From positions 4,960,001-5,024,000 of the forward strand of contig JBHGNT010000014.1 of the NCBI GenBank assembly GCA_043228905.1: 64,000 nt of DNA, written 5' to 3'. Origin of the DNA: Azolla caroliniana. Lineage: Eukaryota; Plantae; Polypodiophyta. A model generated the notes under the pieces. The model was given only the letters and a program-made list of their open reading frames with translations. It did not search any database and was not told where the DNA came from. The position numbers were made by a program, and so were the translations under genes. This document shows positions 25,838 through 40,283 of the stretch, one piece after another (position 1 is the stretch's first letter; each line of letters begins with the position of its first letter).

Positions 25838-28215
25838 GTCCTCCACCTTACAATCTCATCTAACAACAAAAGCACACACACACACACTCGTCTCACATAT
25901 TGTTGTTCTTGTTGTTATTATCATCATAAAGCACACCTTTATTTCATGCCTATCCTTGTGGTGGAATTGCTCCTCATCATACACGCACATTTACCTCACA
26001 AGAATCAGATCAATGAATCGACCAATTAATTAGTTGCCCGACTTAAATAGCGGACGCCTTTGCTCCCCATTCGACAAGGGTTCTTGGTGGTGATTAACGA
26101 AACCTCGGGGGCATTCGCGGAAATTTAGAAATCCTTGAGTGTTTCGTTTTCACCAATTTCATTGGCGTTATTATTATAAAGGCTAGACAAACTTAAAATA
26201 CGTGGATGTCATTTAGATGCTTTTTGTTTCTAAATCCTTGGAGTAGTTTTAAAAACAATTCTCTCTTTCGGTCAAATTCCATCATTCAAATGTGGTGCGA
26301 AACGTTGTTCGCTCACTTGTGATGTGGGATAACTCAATTTGGTCCCAACAAATGCTCATTTAGGCTATATCAATTGAATGATCAGATTATATATTTGTAT
26401 ATATCCATATTGTGCTATGGAAGGACATTGTTGTTGGTGAAGACATTCCAATACAAGTTGGTTTTGTAGAGGGAGGAAATAAGAAACAAGCATTTAGAAC
26501 TTGCTATGAGTTATAAAGCTGGTTCAATAAATGGAGGAAGTACGCGACAAGGTCGTTATCTATTACAAGTTATAGGGCCTTTTGTTGCCTCAAAACCTTG
26601 TTTTCTAAATTGAGTAGCTTAAAGCCATACAACTTCTTCATGGACATCTCCTCCTTTAAGGTAGACATTCAAAAATGCAAAAATGACTTGCATCTTGTAT
26701 GTTATCTACAAGTCAAGTTCTATGCCATGGACATTGTCAAGATTGTTCAGATTGTCCCAAGCTATCCGCAAAAAGATTCCTCGAAACCACTCCATTCCTA
26801 TGCACATATGCTTTCTCTACAAGCCTCTCCTTATGATTATCAATAGGTAGCCTTTCGTTTCACCACGTAATAATTACTTGAAACGTTTGGCACACGAATG
26901 ATAGTGCAGGACAGATCTCTTTTGTCATTATAAATATGCTTGAAAGCCTTCCAAAAAAACAAAGGAAACAGAAGTATCTCTATAACATCCATTCAACAAT
27001 ATAAACAAAAGAGCAATTTCCCACAAAGGTCTCCATCAGATATGCACATACCTTATCCTAAAAACCAAAATTCCTACACTCACATAAGGAATCTAGAAAT
27101 TTCTTGTATACACAATCTGAGTAGTATTGGAGAGTTTGGATGCACAAATGGGCGTACAATTGTTTCTCAATTTTTATTATATGGAAAATGTTATCATGAT
27201 TTGGGAGATTACACAATGTTAAGACAACACAGTAAATATTCACAATTAAACTACTTGCTCCAACAGTCTTGGGGCACCATCATAGCATGAGGTACATAAT
27301 TGTCGAACCATTAGGATTTCATGAACATAATAATTATTGGAAATAATTGCTTTCTGCATCTGCCCCACCATGGCAAATCATTCTTTACCTTCAGTTAAAA
27401 TGATGAAATGAGGCATGGACATTTTTTCATAGTTGAAAATAGCATTCCATGAAACAGTTTGTGTCCAAGAAACAAGATTGCATCATGAAAAGTCTCGCCA
27501 GAATACCAATTGATGCATTTATACTCAATCCATGCATGTTTGGGTCACCACTTAATAATAATGCAGTAGTGCAAATGGATACTACTCTCCAGAATTGATT
27601 CAATGAAACAAGAACAATGATGGAAATAAAGGAATATTCTCAACATACCCAATTTGTCACAATAGTAGGTATCACTGATGTTTTATTCCTCTTCAAAAAG
27701 CAAAATATTACTTACGCCTATTCACAAATATTGGTTATGCTAATAATCCCTTCAAAACAGGTTGACCATCATGTATGCATTACTATCAATTAGTTTTACA
27801 GAAAAACTCATAAGACACATAAGCAGCATATGACACATAAGGGCATTATGACCTGAAACCAATTTGCTTATAAAAATCTTTTAGCCTTTAGGTTAAGATG
27901 CCAAAACTAGAACATGTCCTATAATTGGGGCTCTAGAATTTCCCCACAAGTTTTTCATGGAAGATAAATACTACGACAAGGGAACCAAAAACATAAAGCA
28001 TTTATAATAAGCTACACAAGATTACTCTCTTGGTTAAGCCTTTCCTTCTTTACTCATAACTTTGGCTTAGGCAAGCTGTTTTCTTTTAGTGTATTTCAGA
28101 TATATATTATGTAATTTACTTATACGAGTTTTTTCTCAGTATTTCTTCGCCCTCATTTGTTGTACTGATGCTTCGAATTAGCTTGATTGTAATTAGAGTT
28201 ACCTTTCCTTCTTGT

Positions 28216-31200
28216 TTATCTTCTCAGACTTTCGACAATGTAAGAAGCATAAAGATCCCTGGAGTAAAGAAACAATGCACTCAAGAAACTTACAAACTAG
28301 ATGATAGATGAAAAAAATGAAGTAGCCATGCTCAAAATTTATACACAGATCATAGATGAAAAAACAACACAAAAAATAGTCTAACATCCATTTAGCTGGA
28401 ATATTTGAAGCTCACATGGAATATTTCACTGCTTCACATGCTTGTTCAGCTGGAAGGAAGTCATTGACTGCGACTTCCTTGTTCTCATTCTTTTTATCTA
28501 GCAATAGATAAAAGAAAAACAAATCAAGGTAAATGAACATTTACATGCACAAAGCAATATCAGGGATGACGTAGCTCAAGTTGCAAATTAGAGATTTCAA
28601 CAGAGGATTACGGAGCTTAAACTTCATGAACATATATTTATACATATACACATATAGACTATTAGCTGAACAAATACGCTTAAGCTTCATATACAGATTT
28701 CAATACATACAGTCTTCAAAGAAACGTCTGATCTCAGCAAGCCTATGAGGAGGGAGATCCTTGATATCCTTGCATTGTCGAAATTCGGGGTCATCTTCAC
28801 AAACTGCAATGATTTTATCATCTTTCTCACCCTGTGCACATGTTTAAACAAGTAAACAATTAATCCAAGGGATTCAAAATGTAATTTTCTGCGGAGCATT
28901 GTTTCTTTCATACACCCAAAAATTCCAAGAATATCTCAATACAAACTTACCCCAAGAGCTCAAAACAAACATCTAAATATATGTGGGAATAGGAGCATCA
29001 ATAAAAGGTATACAGCATAGCATAGCCTTCATAGTGATGAAGATCTATATGAAAATGCCCCAAGTGTTGTATAAAAAAAAAACAGGGTTCAAAATGAAGT
29101 AGTATGACTATGAGTGAAGATAGATTTCCCATCACCAGAAAATATGCATTTTTATGATTTGGAATAACTCTGATATATGCCCACTTGAGCAATCAGATGT
29201 GCAATTTAAGCAATTATATGGTCAATGCATCCCCTTTTCCATATGATGGGAAACATATGCTTCAGTTATATTTCCATTAGAGAAATTATATGGTCAAATG
29301 ACACATATAACTGAAGTCTATGTTTCCTGTTATACATGCCATTAGAGAAATTATATGGTCAATTAGAGCCATTTGGGGAGATAGTGACAGATAGGGCATT
29401 AATAGAGCCTGCAGAGGTACTTGAAAAACTTGCGTCATAAATTACCAGCTAGAAGTAAATTTTGCAAACAAACTTCTGGTTATGGCCTTATTTGACTACA
29501 GAACGTTGAATTAAGTACACAATCATCAACAACAGAAACACATAATCCAACATTGAAGTACTCAGCAATAAGGGACATAAACCTGTTCTGAAAATACCTG
29601 ATCAATCATAGGCATAAGCCCAATAGCTCTAGCTCGAAGAAAACATCCTGGAAGCACAGGCTCCTGTACGAAACAGAAAAACACATTGAAATTTTCTACA
29701 ATTGTTACTTAAAGAATAAAGGCATATGTCAAAAACCAATGAGAATATACGATTGATCGTGTCCATAGATAAGAAGATCAAATATCAAATAATTCGCTGC
29801 CAAAATGCACTATTATCCTTGAGTTTCCATTTAATTTTCCAAATGCCCTTAGTCTTCGGCTCTCAAGCAATAAAGTGTGATATTTGACAAGCATACAGTC
29901 AAGTCAATTCATTCCCTTTTTCCCTCTTTGGTGGTTTCAACAAAGGGATGTAATGAAAAAACTAAAGACTTCAGGATATTTCATTCCCTTTTTCCCTCTT
30001 TGGTGGTTTCAACAAAGGGATGTAATGAAAAAACTAAAGACTTCAGGATATTTCATTCCCTTTTTCCCTCTTTGGTGGTTTCAACAAAGGGATGTAATGA
30101 AAAAACTAAAGACTTCAGGATATTTCATTCCCTTTTTCCCTCTTTGGTGGTTTCAATAAAGGGATGTAATGAAAAAACTAAAGACTTCAGGATATTTGGG
30201 GAAATAGCAAAAAAATGGGCACTATGTATTTTGATGAGATCACATAATAAGTTCATTAAATATCATATTATCAATTGTAAAAATGATCTGTTGAAAGATA
30301 TAGTTTCATTACCTGCATGATAATGAGGACATCCAAGGGATCATTATCCTCACATAGGGTTCGTGGAATAAATCCATAATTGTGAGGATAGACCACTGAG
30401 GAGTACAAGACCCTGTCAACCTACATAAAGATAACCAATTTATCAACACAAGAAAACAGAGATTTGAAAACACATAAAAGAAACTTGTGATGACATGACA
30501 ATAGATGATCGTCAAATCCCTAACTGAAGAGTATAAGAGCCTGTCAACCTACAAACATTCCCGAAGTTAAAAAAAAACACATTATAACAACCAAAGAACA
30601 GACATGAAAACATAAACACTGTGATGATGGTAATGATACCAGAGTTGAATTATAAAACCTAACCTTAATCAGGCCAGTTTTCTTATCGAGTTCATACTTG
30701 ACTTTGCTTCCTTTGCTAATTTCCACAACCTGAAACAAACATTTATTTTTCCATGGGCACAAATCAGTTACATTTCTGTCTCAGCCTTTGTATTTTGTAG
30801 CAGCATTTGTGCAACAATTTGGCAGATTTAGACCAGACATAAAACCAGTGAAACAACTTTAATAAGATAATTGGGTGACTTCATCTTAATCTGTGCCTTT
30901 TGCTAGAGACCTCAATCAACATGAAACATCAGAGCAGAGATAAGATCTTACACAGTTGAAAACAGAAGGCGCTCCTGGTCCTGTTAAAATTAGTAAAAGT
31001 AAGATATGAACAGTTACAGAAAAATTGTAGAATTGAATGAGCAAAACAGAAGAAGAAGATCCGAACCAAAAAAACAAAGTTGTGAAAGAAAGAAGATATG
31101 ATTGGGTGAAAAAAAGAGCAGATTGAAAGGAAGAAAAGCATATTTAAGAAAATATATATATATTTGAAAGAATAACAGATTCCAGCAAGAAAGAAGAATG

Positions 31201-31470
31201 AGAAAAGGAAGAAGACAAAAGAAGAGGCAACAGAAATAGCAGAAAAGCGAGAGAGATTCAGATTTTTTATTTTTACATACCAATCTCCAGGTCATGCCAA
31301 GGGTGAGCGGCGACAGAGCGACGTGTGAGAGAAGAGAGGATTCGTTCATTGAGGGGAGGGTGAGGCCTCTTCAGAGAACTCCCACCATTCCCATTAGCAG
31401 AATAACCTAAAGGATAATTCGTATTCTCTGCTACATCTATACTTAGCAAGTGACCATTCTCATTCTCCAT
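28216..31470 (-). CDS. PPa: Soluble inorganic pyrophosphatase (family I); exons 31470-31281, 30980-30952, 30729-30664, 30420-30313, 29663-29598, 28831-28711, 28497-28416, 28258-28216
   Basis: [58 protein letters not shown]; eight in-phase GT-AG exons. Confidence 0.95.
29908..30196. repeat. 72-bp minisatellite, 4 near-identical copies, in PPa intron
   Basis: Unit TTCATTCCCTTTTTCCCTCTTTGGTGG...GACTTCAGGATAT repeated head to tail. Confidence 0.95.
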
Positions 31471-31732
31471 CTTCTTCTTTCTTCGTTCTTCAATACAAAC
31501 CAATTTCTGAACTCTTTTTTCCTTTATCTTTCTTTCTTCTTAGGAATCAATGAAGATCTCTTTCCTTCTCTGCTTGCTTCCCTTATCTTTATTTCGTAAT
31601 CTTACTCATTCCTGTAATCCATAAAGAAACAGAACAGAAAAAAACTGAATTCAACTCTGAGGTAGATATTATATCTTTTTATACCTGCAACATTCCTATA
31701 CACAGGAAAGAACACAGAAAGAGAGAGAATAC

Positions 31733-31765
<33 letters not shown>

Positions 31766-31907
31766 TGTATATATATGTATATGTATAAGTATATGTACGC
31801 ATGCATGTACACATACAAGTATAAATTTGTATTCTGCACATAAGAAGAAACCAAATCATTAACAGACTCGTGACAAAGAACACAGATAAAGAGAGAGAAA
31901 TATATAC

Positions 31908-31945
<38 letters not shown>

Positions 31946-33403
31946 GTAAGTATTAATTTGTATTCTACACAAAAGAAGAAACCAAATCATTAACAAACTT
32001 ACAGCAAAGATAAAAATTTATCTCTTAACAAGATAGATTTTTTCTTATTATTAGGGTTTCCAGGGAAATAAGCTCAGGAAGAAGCTCTCAGTACTCAAGA
32101 TTTTTAAAGACGTCAATAAAACAATCAATAATGAGGTTTCTTACTGTTAAGTTCCTGACGAGAACAAGCTCAGGGTGCTCTCAGTGGTCAAGATCTCTGA
32201 GATGTCAGAGAACAATCGACAATGAACAACTATGATAAACATGATATTTTATATATATATGTTTGATAGCGCATTTCCCATAGATCGAATATGCATTTTC
32301 TCTACACTTGCCTAATCACAGATATAAGAAGCGTTTCATAAACTTCCATTAGGATTCCCATCACAGATGTCATCAGAATGACGTCCTCTCACTAAAAAAA
32401 TCTCTCCATCACAAACACCCATTGGAATGATAATTCTTTTCAGGCTTTCCATTAGGAATCCCATCACAGCCACCATTGGAATGATACGCTTTCACATTTT
32501 CATTATAACTCTCTTTGGAAAGAAACATCATTAACGATGTTTTTTCACACTGAACTGATGGAAAGGAAAGAACGAGAGAAAAGAGAGAAAGAGAAAATGC
32601 GCAACAGAGAAGAAGAAGATGAAGAAGAAGAAGAAGGAGAAAACGAAGAGAGAAGTATGGATTAGCCATTCATGACAAGAAGAGTTCTAAAACAGTTTTT
32701 CCTTTTCTGTCTTTGACAGAGAGGGGCTGCTCTTCTTGAACTGCAGAAAGAAAGCATTAAAAAGAAGATGGGAGATTTTGCAGAGAAAATAAAAGAGAAG
32801 CAAATTTTGATGAGGACGGAGTTGAAAACAGAACACAAAAAAGAAATGAAATTACTTCAAGAAGAAATGGCTGCAGATGATGAAGTTAGTTTCTTTGCAG
32901 TATAGTATGTGACTAACACGATTAGGAGACGATCAGGTGAGCAGCCATGAAAAGGATTGGTGATGGAAACATCATCAGAAAAGAATGAAGGAAGAAATCA
33001 ATCCAAAGAATCATTCGAACAAAAGTAGAGAAGGGAGAGGAAACGAATCCAACGTACAGCAGAACCATGAAGCGAGCAAGAAGTTGGAGGAAATCAGAGG
33101 TGATGATGGCAAAATAAATAAAAACGGCGAGCAGAAAGAACAGATTTACCAAGCAAGAATGATGCGCGATCTAACAAGAAAGAAGATTTATCGTTGGCTT
33201 GGCGCACAAGAATCTGTTTTGGCAGGAAAGGATGCAGAGAAACATTTGAGAAAAGGTAGAGATCGAAGAGAAAAGAATGGAGATGGAACCAAAACCAATC
33301 CAAAGAACAAGCAGGGAAGAAGCAGGAAGAGATGGCATAAATGAATCGTCGCGCGTCAAAGTACACATGAAAATGCAGAAGAATTTGTTGGTAAGAAGAC
33401 AAG

Positions 33404-33439
<36 letters not shown>

Positions 33440-34036
33440 AGAGAATGAGAGAGAATGAGGATGGAAGGAACAGAAAACGAGAAAGAAAGAAAAAGAAAGC
33501 TCAAGACGAAAGAAGCAGGAGAAGAATGAGAATGGCGTGATAGAGTACAAAAGCTATGGCGAACAGGAACTAACAGAAATAAAGTGGATCGACACTGACC
33601 TGCTGCTGTTGCTGTTGCTGGCAGGAGGCAGGAGGAAACGGAGGCTGTTGCTGCAGGAGGCATTGAGATGGAACGAATGGGTTGAAGGCGATGGCGGGGA
33701 AGACGAAGGTATAGCTAGCAGCAGGGAGAAAGGACTGAATTCCAGGAGAAGAGAAGCGATATATATATATATATATATATGGAAGAAGATCGATCAGAAG
33801 AAGAAGATGAAGATGAAGAAGAAGAAGCAGTACAGAGATGGAAAAAGAAGAAGAAGAAAATGATGGAAGGAGAAGGATTGATTCTCCTCCTGAGAGGGAG
33901 AGACAGAGACAGAATATTCGCCCAAAAGAGGAATATATGCCTCCACCTCCTTCTCCTTCTTCTTCTTCTTCTTCTTCTTCTTCTTCTTCTTCGCTTGATT
34001 TGCTCTCACCTGCTGCAGAAATTAGAATGGCTGAAT

Positions 34037-34515
34037 ATACATACATACATACATACATACATACATACATACATACATACATACATACATACAGTATACA
34101 AATACATACCTACAATACAAATGATACATTATAATTTATACATTATACAATGCAATGCAATATACATTACATTATACTTTATACAATGCAATGTTCAATA
34201 CACTAATACACTATACATTACATTATACAATGCAATGTTCAATACAATACATTATGCAATGTACAATAATCTATACAATACATTATACAATGCAATGTAC
34301 AATACACTATACAATACATTATACTCTACATTATACAATGCAACGTACAATACAGTATACAATACATTATACAATACAATGAAATGTACAATACACTATA
34401 CAATACAATGCAATGCAATGCAATGTACAGTACAGTATACACTATACAATACATTATACAATACAATGAAATGTACAATACAATATACACTATACAATGC
34501 AATTTACAATACAAT
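34037..34515. repeat. (TACA)n microsatellite grading into a degenerate TACAA/TGCAA pentamer array
   Basis: Direct sequence. Confidence 0.9.
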
Positions 34516-34699
34516 ATTGAATAGACAATACCTTGTATTCTAGACCATCAACAAGATGTAGGGGCCATTGAAAATACCATCTCCCCTAAGATCACTTGAT
34601 TTGCTCTCGCTTCTTTACGACTCTTTCATCACGTGACTTCTCCAGAATAATCTCCATATTATGAATGATCGAAACCAACGTAATGACCAAAAACAACCA

Positions 34700-35330
34700 A
34701 GTGAGTAGGAGAAAGGAGAACTACAACTATTTTGTTGCATGAGATTACTTACACATGCCCAAAAAAACCAAGTACCGCACAAACCGGCTCGAATTTGTCA
34801 ACTGCATCTCTTGTTGCAGTGGAGTATCTATCAATACAAAGCAAAGACAAAGGGGAGCTTGTTCAAGAGGATTTCTTGTGCCAAGGAAACTTCTTGATCC
34901 ACGAAAAAAAAAAGTTGGCTCCTTAATGTAAGAGAGTAGAGGCAACAACTCGATGACACCAAGGTGTACTAACCTCCAGTTGTGCAACAAAGGCTTTGCT
35001 AACTTGATCAGATGAAATGTAACAAACTCGATTTGAAGAACCCATTGTTCTGGATTGTCCAACAAAAAATGCTCCAATTTTGGCCGAACATAATCATTTG
35101 ACCCCTCATCTAGTTGGCTTAGGATTCCAAAACTATTGGATTGAGTTGGCTTTCTAGGCCTACTAGGATTAGTAGATGTGACCGAACAATAAGATTACTT
35201 GGTTTATGTGGACAAATCACTGGTATGTGCCTTTAACCACCACAATAGAAACATAGATTGTGTGTGTGTGCTTAACATTGTTGCGTCTTAGTTTCAAGTA
35301 ATGGCCCTTTGTCAACATGCCACTTTGAGT
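34700..35330 (-). pseudogene. Old Ty3/gypsy gag-protease remnant
   Basis: Minus-strand NLCFYCGG*RHIPVICP zinc knuckle (about 35210-35260) and TLLH*GAN...FVDQE retropepsin-like motif (about 34890-34940). Confidence 0.55.
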
Positions 35331-37309
35331 TCATAAAAATGGGATCAGGTGCTCCCATTAGCCCTGAAGATGGAACTACTACCACTGAGGCATATGTCTT
35401 CTCCAATCTGGGTGTGACATATGTTGGTGCTTGAAACATTATTCAAGTACGTGATTATCACATTGCATGTCTTGACTAATTGCCTTCATAAGGGACTTCC
35501 CAAAGCATTTCCAACTCTATGAATTGCAATCTAGATTGGTTGCTTGCTTTTGCCCCTATTGGTAGGCGTAGAGCCTTGAGATCTCCTTTAATGGTCTTGC
35601 TTGAGGCAATATGGCCTTGGTGGCCCATATTGCCCCATCTTAATAGCGGTAGACCACGAAAGTGAAAGGCTAGTTTCAAGGTAGCACCCAAATTTGGTTA
35701 TGGTGTTCATCTTAGTTTCCATTGCTTGTCGTTTGTTTATATCAACTCCTACATTCTCCTATTTGTCGACAACACCATTTCACGAGAATCATAGAGGTAA
35801 ATAATACATAAATGTGATTATGTTCAACTACACATAAAAATCAATACAAGATGAGATGTGAAATGTGACAATGATTGGAGATCACAAAGACTTGACGGAT
35901 GAACAAGGTCATAGAGAGTTGAGGTGGTTGGGAGGATTGAATAGACAGAGCCCCAAAGAGCTTTAGCCGCGGCACCTCCAACGCACAACTAGCACTTTCT
36001 AGGAGGTGCTTTGAAGCTCCTTGTTGGTTTTGGCTGGTGGAGATGTGGATTGGGGGAGTAAGTTCTTGGCCTTCCATGTTAGGGGAAAAAAGCATCCTTA
36101 ACGAAAGGAAGACAAAGGTGTCATGCTGGAGCTTGGTATAGTTCAAGCCATGAATCAATTCCACCACAATTTCTTTGGTGATGAAGTGTCCCCAAATCCA
36201 TGCTCTAGGTTTGATAGGCCACAACAAATTGGTGTGATCTTGCTTTTTCATGAATAGGTCAACTTTGCGATTGGGTAGCCGTATCCCCAACAACAATTTC
36301 TCAACCTCCCCAAGGACCATATTAGAGAGAAAGCATGGTCCAACAAATTGGCTCACTATCTCGGCATCGGGAATATTCCACTATCCCATGCATGGTGTTG
36401 ACATGTGGTTGAAGATGACCACCTCCTCCTACACAAGTAATCAAAGAAGAAAGAGTAGCCACAAAGAGGATAAAAAATCAGAGAGTACAAGAGGCGTGGA
36501 AGGCTAAGGGCACATAAATGGAGATCAAGAAACTAATTCACAAGTGACCCATATTTAATGTTAAAATGAGGTATATAAATTGGGCTCATGGGCATAGTCA
36601 CTTGTGCTCATGTTTACTATTTTTAATAAGTGGACTTGACTTTGAGGAATGCGAGCCACACATGTAGATGCACATTGTATCATTTAAATAAAGTTCCCGC
36701 ACATGGAAAAGATGCGAGATCTTCTGGAACCATGGGAGAACTTTCTTGAATTACGAGGATTGATCACTTGCTGCCTATTCTAACTATGAGTTTAGGCCTT
36801 GTCCGAGCTATTCGAAATACAAGTGCGATTACATATCCGGACTTACCTTACCAGTGTTTCCGTAAAGGGACTTGGGCTCTACTTTTGTTGTAATGAACAA
36901 TTGCGCTTGCATGATCCGAAAATGGGTTGGTTGGCAATGACCTGTGGTATATATAGGTTGAGGTGGTAGTTAGTTGTCAGGATTTGAGTTCATGCAGCTA
37001 TTTAGGGTTCCAAGTTGGAAAGTACCATCATATGTGTAGTGTAGAATTCAATACGGTACATCACGTCAGAGGCATTTCAACCCCTTTTTCTCTCTAGTTG
37101 AGCTTGAACAGAGGCATTTCAAAATAATGAGAACTTAGGGGCATTTGGTGAGATAAAGAAAAACTCAAGTATTCCAAAGTTTTTTACTTGTATATATAAC
37201 ATATGTCACACCAAATGACTACACATGTGTGCATTTTGCAATACAGTTTGGAGCTTCATTGTTTTTGTCAATGAATAGAAAATGAATGTACATATCCACT
37301 TGCATCAAC

Positions 37310-39711
37310 TCAAGAGTTAACTTCAGGGTTTCTCGAAACACCATATCTCAGTCTCATAGCTTCAATTTCCTCTACAGCCTCTTGCATGGCTGCATCTGCA
37401 TAAATATTCGCCATAAGGACATAAGCTGCAGCACAAGTATTATCTAAATGCATTATTTGATCAAATGCCAACCTCCCAAGCTTCACATATCTCCATTTCC
37501 TACAACCACCCAATAAGGCGAGCCAAACCGGGCGACAATCTGAAAATGGCATCATCTTAATCACTGATATAGCCTTACCAAAATTCCCTCCAAATCCAAA
37601 TATAGAAACCAAGCAAGTATAGTGCTCTAAGTTTGGCATTATGCCATACTTATCTCTCATGTCATGAAAATAATTTTCAGCCATGTCAAATAATCCGGAA
37701 TGACTACATGCATTCATAAGACATAGGAAAGTGATTGCATCTGGAGACAAACCTTCATCTTGCATACATTCAAAGCACTCAAATGCTTCGTCAACTCGAC
37801 CTTGTTGAGCATAACCTGCAATTAGAGCATTCCAAGTGACTATATTTCGATCCGCAAGCTCGTTGAGAACTTTTTTCGCTTGAGAGAATACACCACATTG
37901 GGCATACATATCAACTAGAGCAGTGCCAAGCACCACATCTTTGTTTAACAAGCCCAAAGTAGCAATTTCATCATGAATTTGTTTGCCCTTGTCAATAGCC
38001 CCTATATTAGCACAAGCCTTCAAAACAGCCATGAAAGTTACAACATCAGGAGATAACCCCTCCTTTTTCATCAACTCAAAACAGTTCAGTGCTTCCTGAC
38101 CCCGTCCCTGTTGAGCATACCCTGCAATTAATGAAGACCAAGAAACTATACTTCGAGCACGAAGCTGTTCGAGCACTTCTTGTGCTTTGGAAAGCACGCC
38201 ACATTTGGCATACATATCCACCAAAGCATTTCCGAGTTCGTCACTTTTCTTCAAAAAGCCCCTCCTACTTATCTCATCATGAACCTCTCTACCTTTGTTA
38301 ATAGCTCCTATATTGCCACATGCTTTCAAGACACTAACGAAGGTGATTTCATTCGCAGAAACATCCTCGATTTGCAGTTTTTCAAAGCACTCAAGTGCTT
38401 CCTTGTACTGCTGTTGTTGGACATACCCTGTAATTAATGAAGACCAAGATACAATATCTCTAATGAAGAGCTTTCCATGCACCTGTTTTGCATCGACAAG
38501 TGCATCACACTTAGCATACATATCCACTAAGGCATTGCCAAGGACAATATTCCGCTCAAGAAAACCCTTAGCAACAATCTCGTTGTGAATATTCCTTCCA
38601 TTCTCGATGGCACATGTGCTGCAACAAGCCTTTAAGATGCAAACAAAGGTGACCTCATTAGGAGAAAATCCTTCACTTTGCATTCTCTCAAAGCAATCTA
38701 GGGCTTCTTCACCTCTCTCATGTTGGGCATACCCTCCTATTAATACATTCCAAGAGACTCTGTCTCGGAAACAAAGCTCCGTATGCAATTTCTCGGCTTT
38801 TTCGAGAGCGCCACATTTCACATACATACCCACTAAAGCAGTGCAAACCACAACATTTTGTTGAAGGATCAATCCACTATTCACAATCTCATTATGAATC
38901 TCTTCTCCTTTTTTGATTGATCCGATGCTTCCAGCAGCTCTCAACGTGCAAACAAAAGTGACTGGATTCGGAGAAAAACCTTCATTTTGCATGTGTTCGA
39001 AACAACTCAGAGCTTCATGGCCATAGCCGTGTTGGGCAAAACCAGAAATCAATGCATTCCAAGAGATTACAGTTCGAACACTAAGCTGATCATGCAACTT
39101 TTGAGCTTTTTCAAGCATACCACATTTAGCATACATGTTTACTAAAGAACAATCTATGTGAGGATTCTTCTTGAGCAACCCTTTCTCGACAATTTCATCA
39201 TGTATTCTAACACCTCTACATAAATCTTTATTCTTCGTGCATGCTCGAAGCATTGAAACAATAGCTAGATCTTCCTTATCATCATCATTGAGAACGCCCG
39301 TATGAGACCCTGCTAACATGTTCATTGTTGTTGTTCCTCTTACTTTTCTTCTCCTGCTCAACTCTTCTTCAACCCAAGAAGGATTGCAAAACCCATCAAT
39401 CCATAGACATTGAGACGTAATTCTGTGTTTAAAATCTGGTGAATTAATGCAGTTCTGGATGAAAAAAAGCCAACAAAAAACTCACTATAGGTCTGCCAGT
39501 CTCTCTCTTTGTTAATTATGTATTCACTTGTTTTTCTTCTTACCTTGTTGCTAAGGTTGTTGTACCATAAGCATGGATTCATGAAGTATTCTTTCCATAA
39601 GCAGTCCATCCTGTGGGGAGAAGAGAAACACTGCCTTGCCATTGCTTATATGGAGCTGAAGACATGTTTAAATTGCCATGATATGCACATAGATAGCTAG
39701 CCTCTTCTTGT

Positions 39712-39742
<31 letters not shown>

Positions 39743-39754
39743 TATACATATATA

Positions 39755-39786
<32 letters not shown>

Positions 39787-39984
39787 CATACATACATACA
39801 TACATACATACATACATACATACATACATACATACATACATAAGCATGGATTCATGAAGTATTCTTTCCATAAGCAGTCCATCCTGTGGGGAGAAGAGAA
39901 ACACTGCCTTGCCATTGCTTATATGGAGCTGAAGTCATGTTTAAATTGCCATGATATGCACATAGATAGCTAGCCTCTTCTTGT

Positions 39985-40030
<46 letters not shown>

Positions 40031-40105
40031 CATATATATACACACATATACGAAGGTCCCTCGATGAACTATCTGTTCTGTCCCTCCGTAGCTTGGCCCG
40101 GCCAT
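37310..40105 (-). CDS. PLS-class pentatricopeptide repeat protein with E domain, no DYW (organellar RNA editing factor type); proposed exons 40105-40052, 39610-39566, 39454-37310
   Basis: Repeated P/L/S motifs (LVDMYAKCG, SWNALIxGYAQ, TFVxxLKAC) and E-domain end (WLALLGGC...AYVLMANIYA). The two short 5' exons are inferred from phase-0 GT-AG junctions and are less certain. Confidence 0.9.
39566..40050. repeat. Recent tandem duplication (period 273 bp) of an exon-containing segment plus (TACA)n
   Basis: 39566-39716 matches 39839-39989 with one mismatch seen. Confidence 0.92.
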
Positions 40106-40283
40106 TGCCCCATTCCTTCCTTTCTTGTTTTCTCCTCTCTTTCTGGTGACCACCGTGAGCATTCTCGGGAAGTAAAAAGAACCGAGGAGCATTCAGACCG
40201 ATAATGGGCTCCCAAGGTTTTCCCGAAGAACATAGTCATCGGGAGGTGTGTGTGTTTAGGTACAGGAAAATTGTCGGCATATG

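Noticed and set aside
29908-30196. CRISPR-like array or repeat-protein ORFs (29877-30320, 29884-30159)
   Set aside because: Head-to-tail 72-bp units without unique spacers, inside a plant intron; the ORFs arise from the unit length being a multiple of three.
33094-34543. Several 100-250 aa ORFs upstream of PPa
   Set aside because: Translations of (GA)n, (CTT)n, (TACA)n and TACAA repeats; probably PPa leader and promoter.
35841-36507. ORFs of 171 and 85 aa
   Set aside because: No recognisable motif or splice structure; probably decayed TE sequence.
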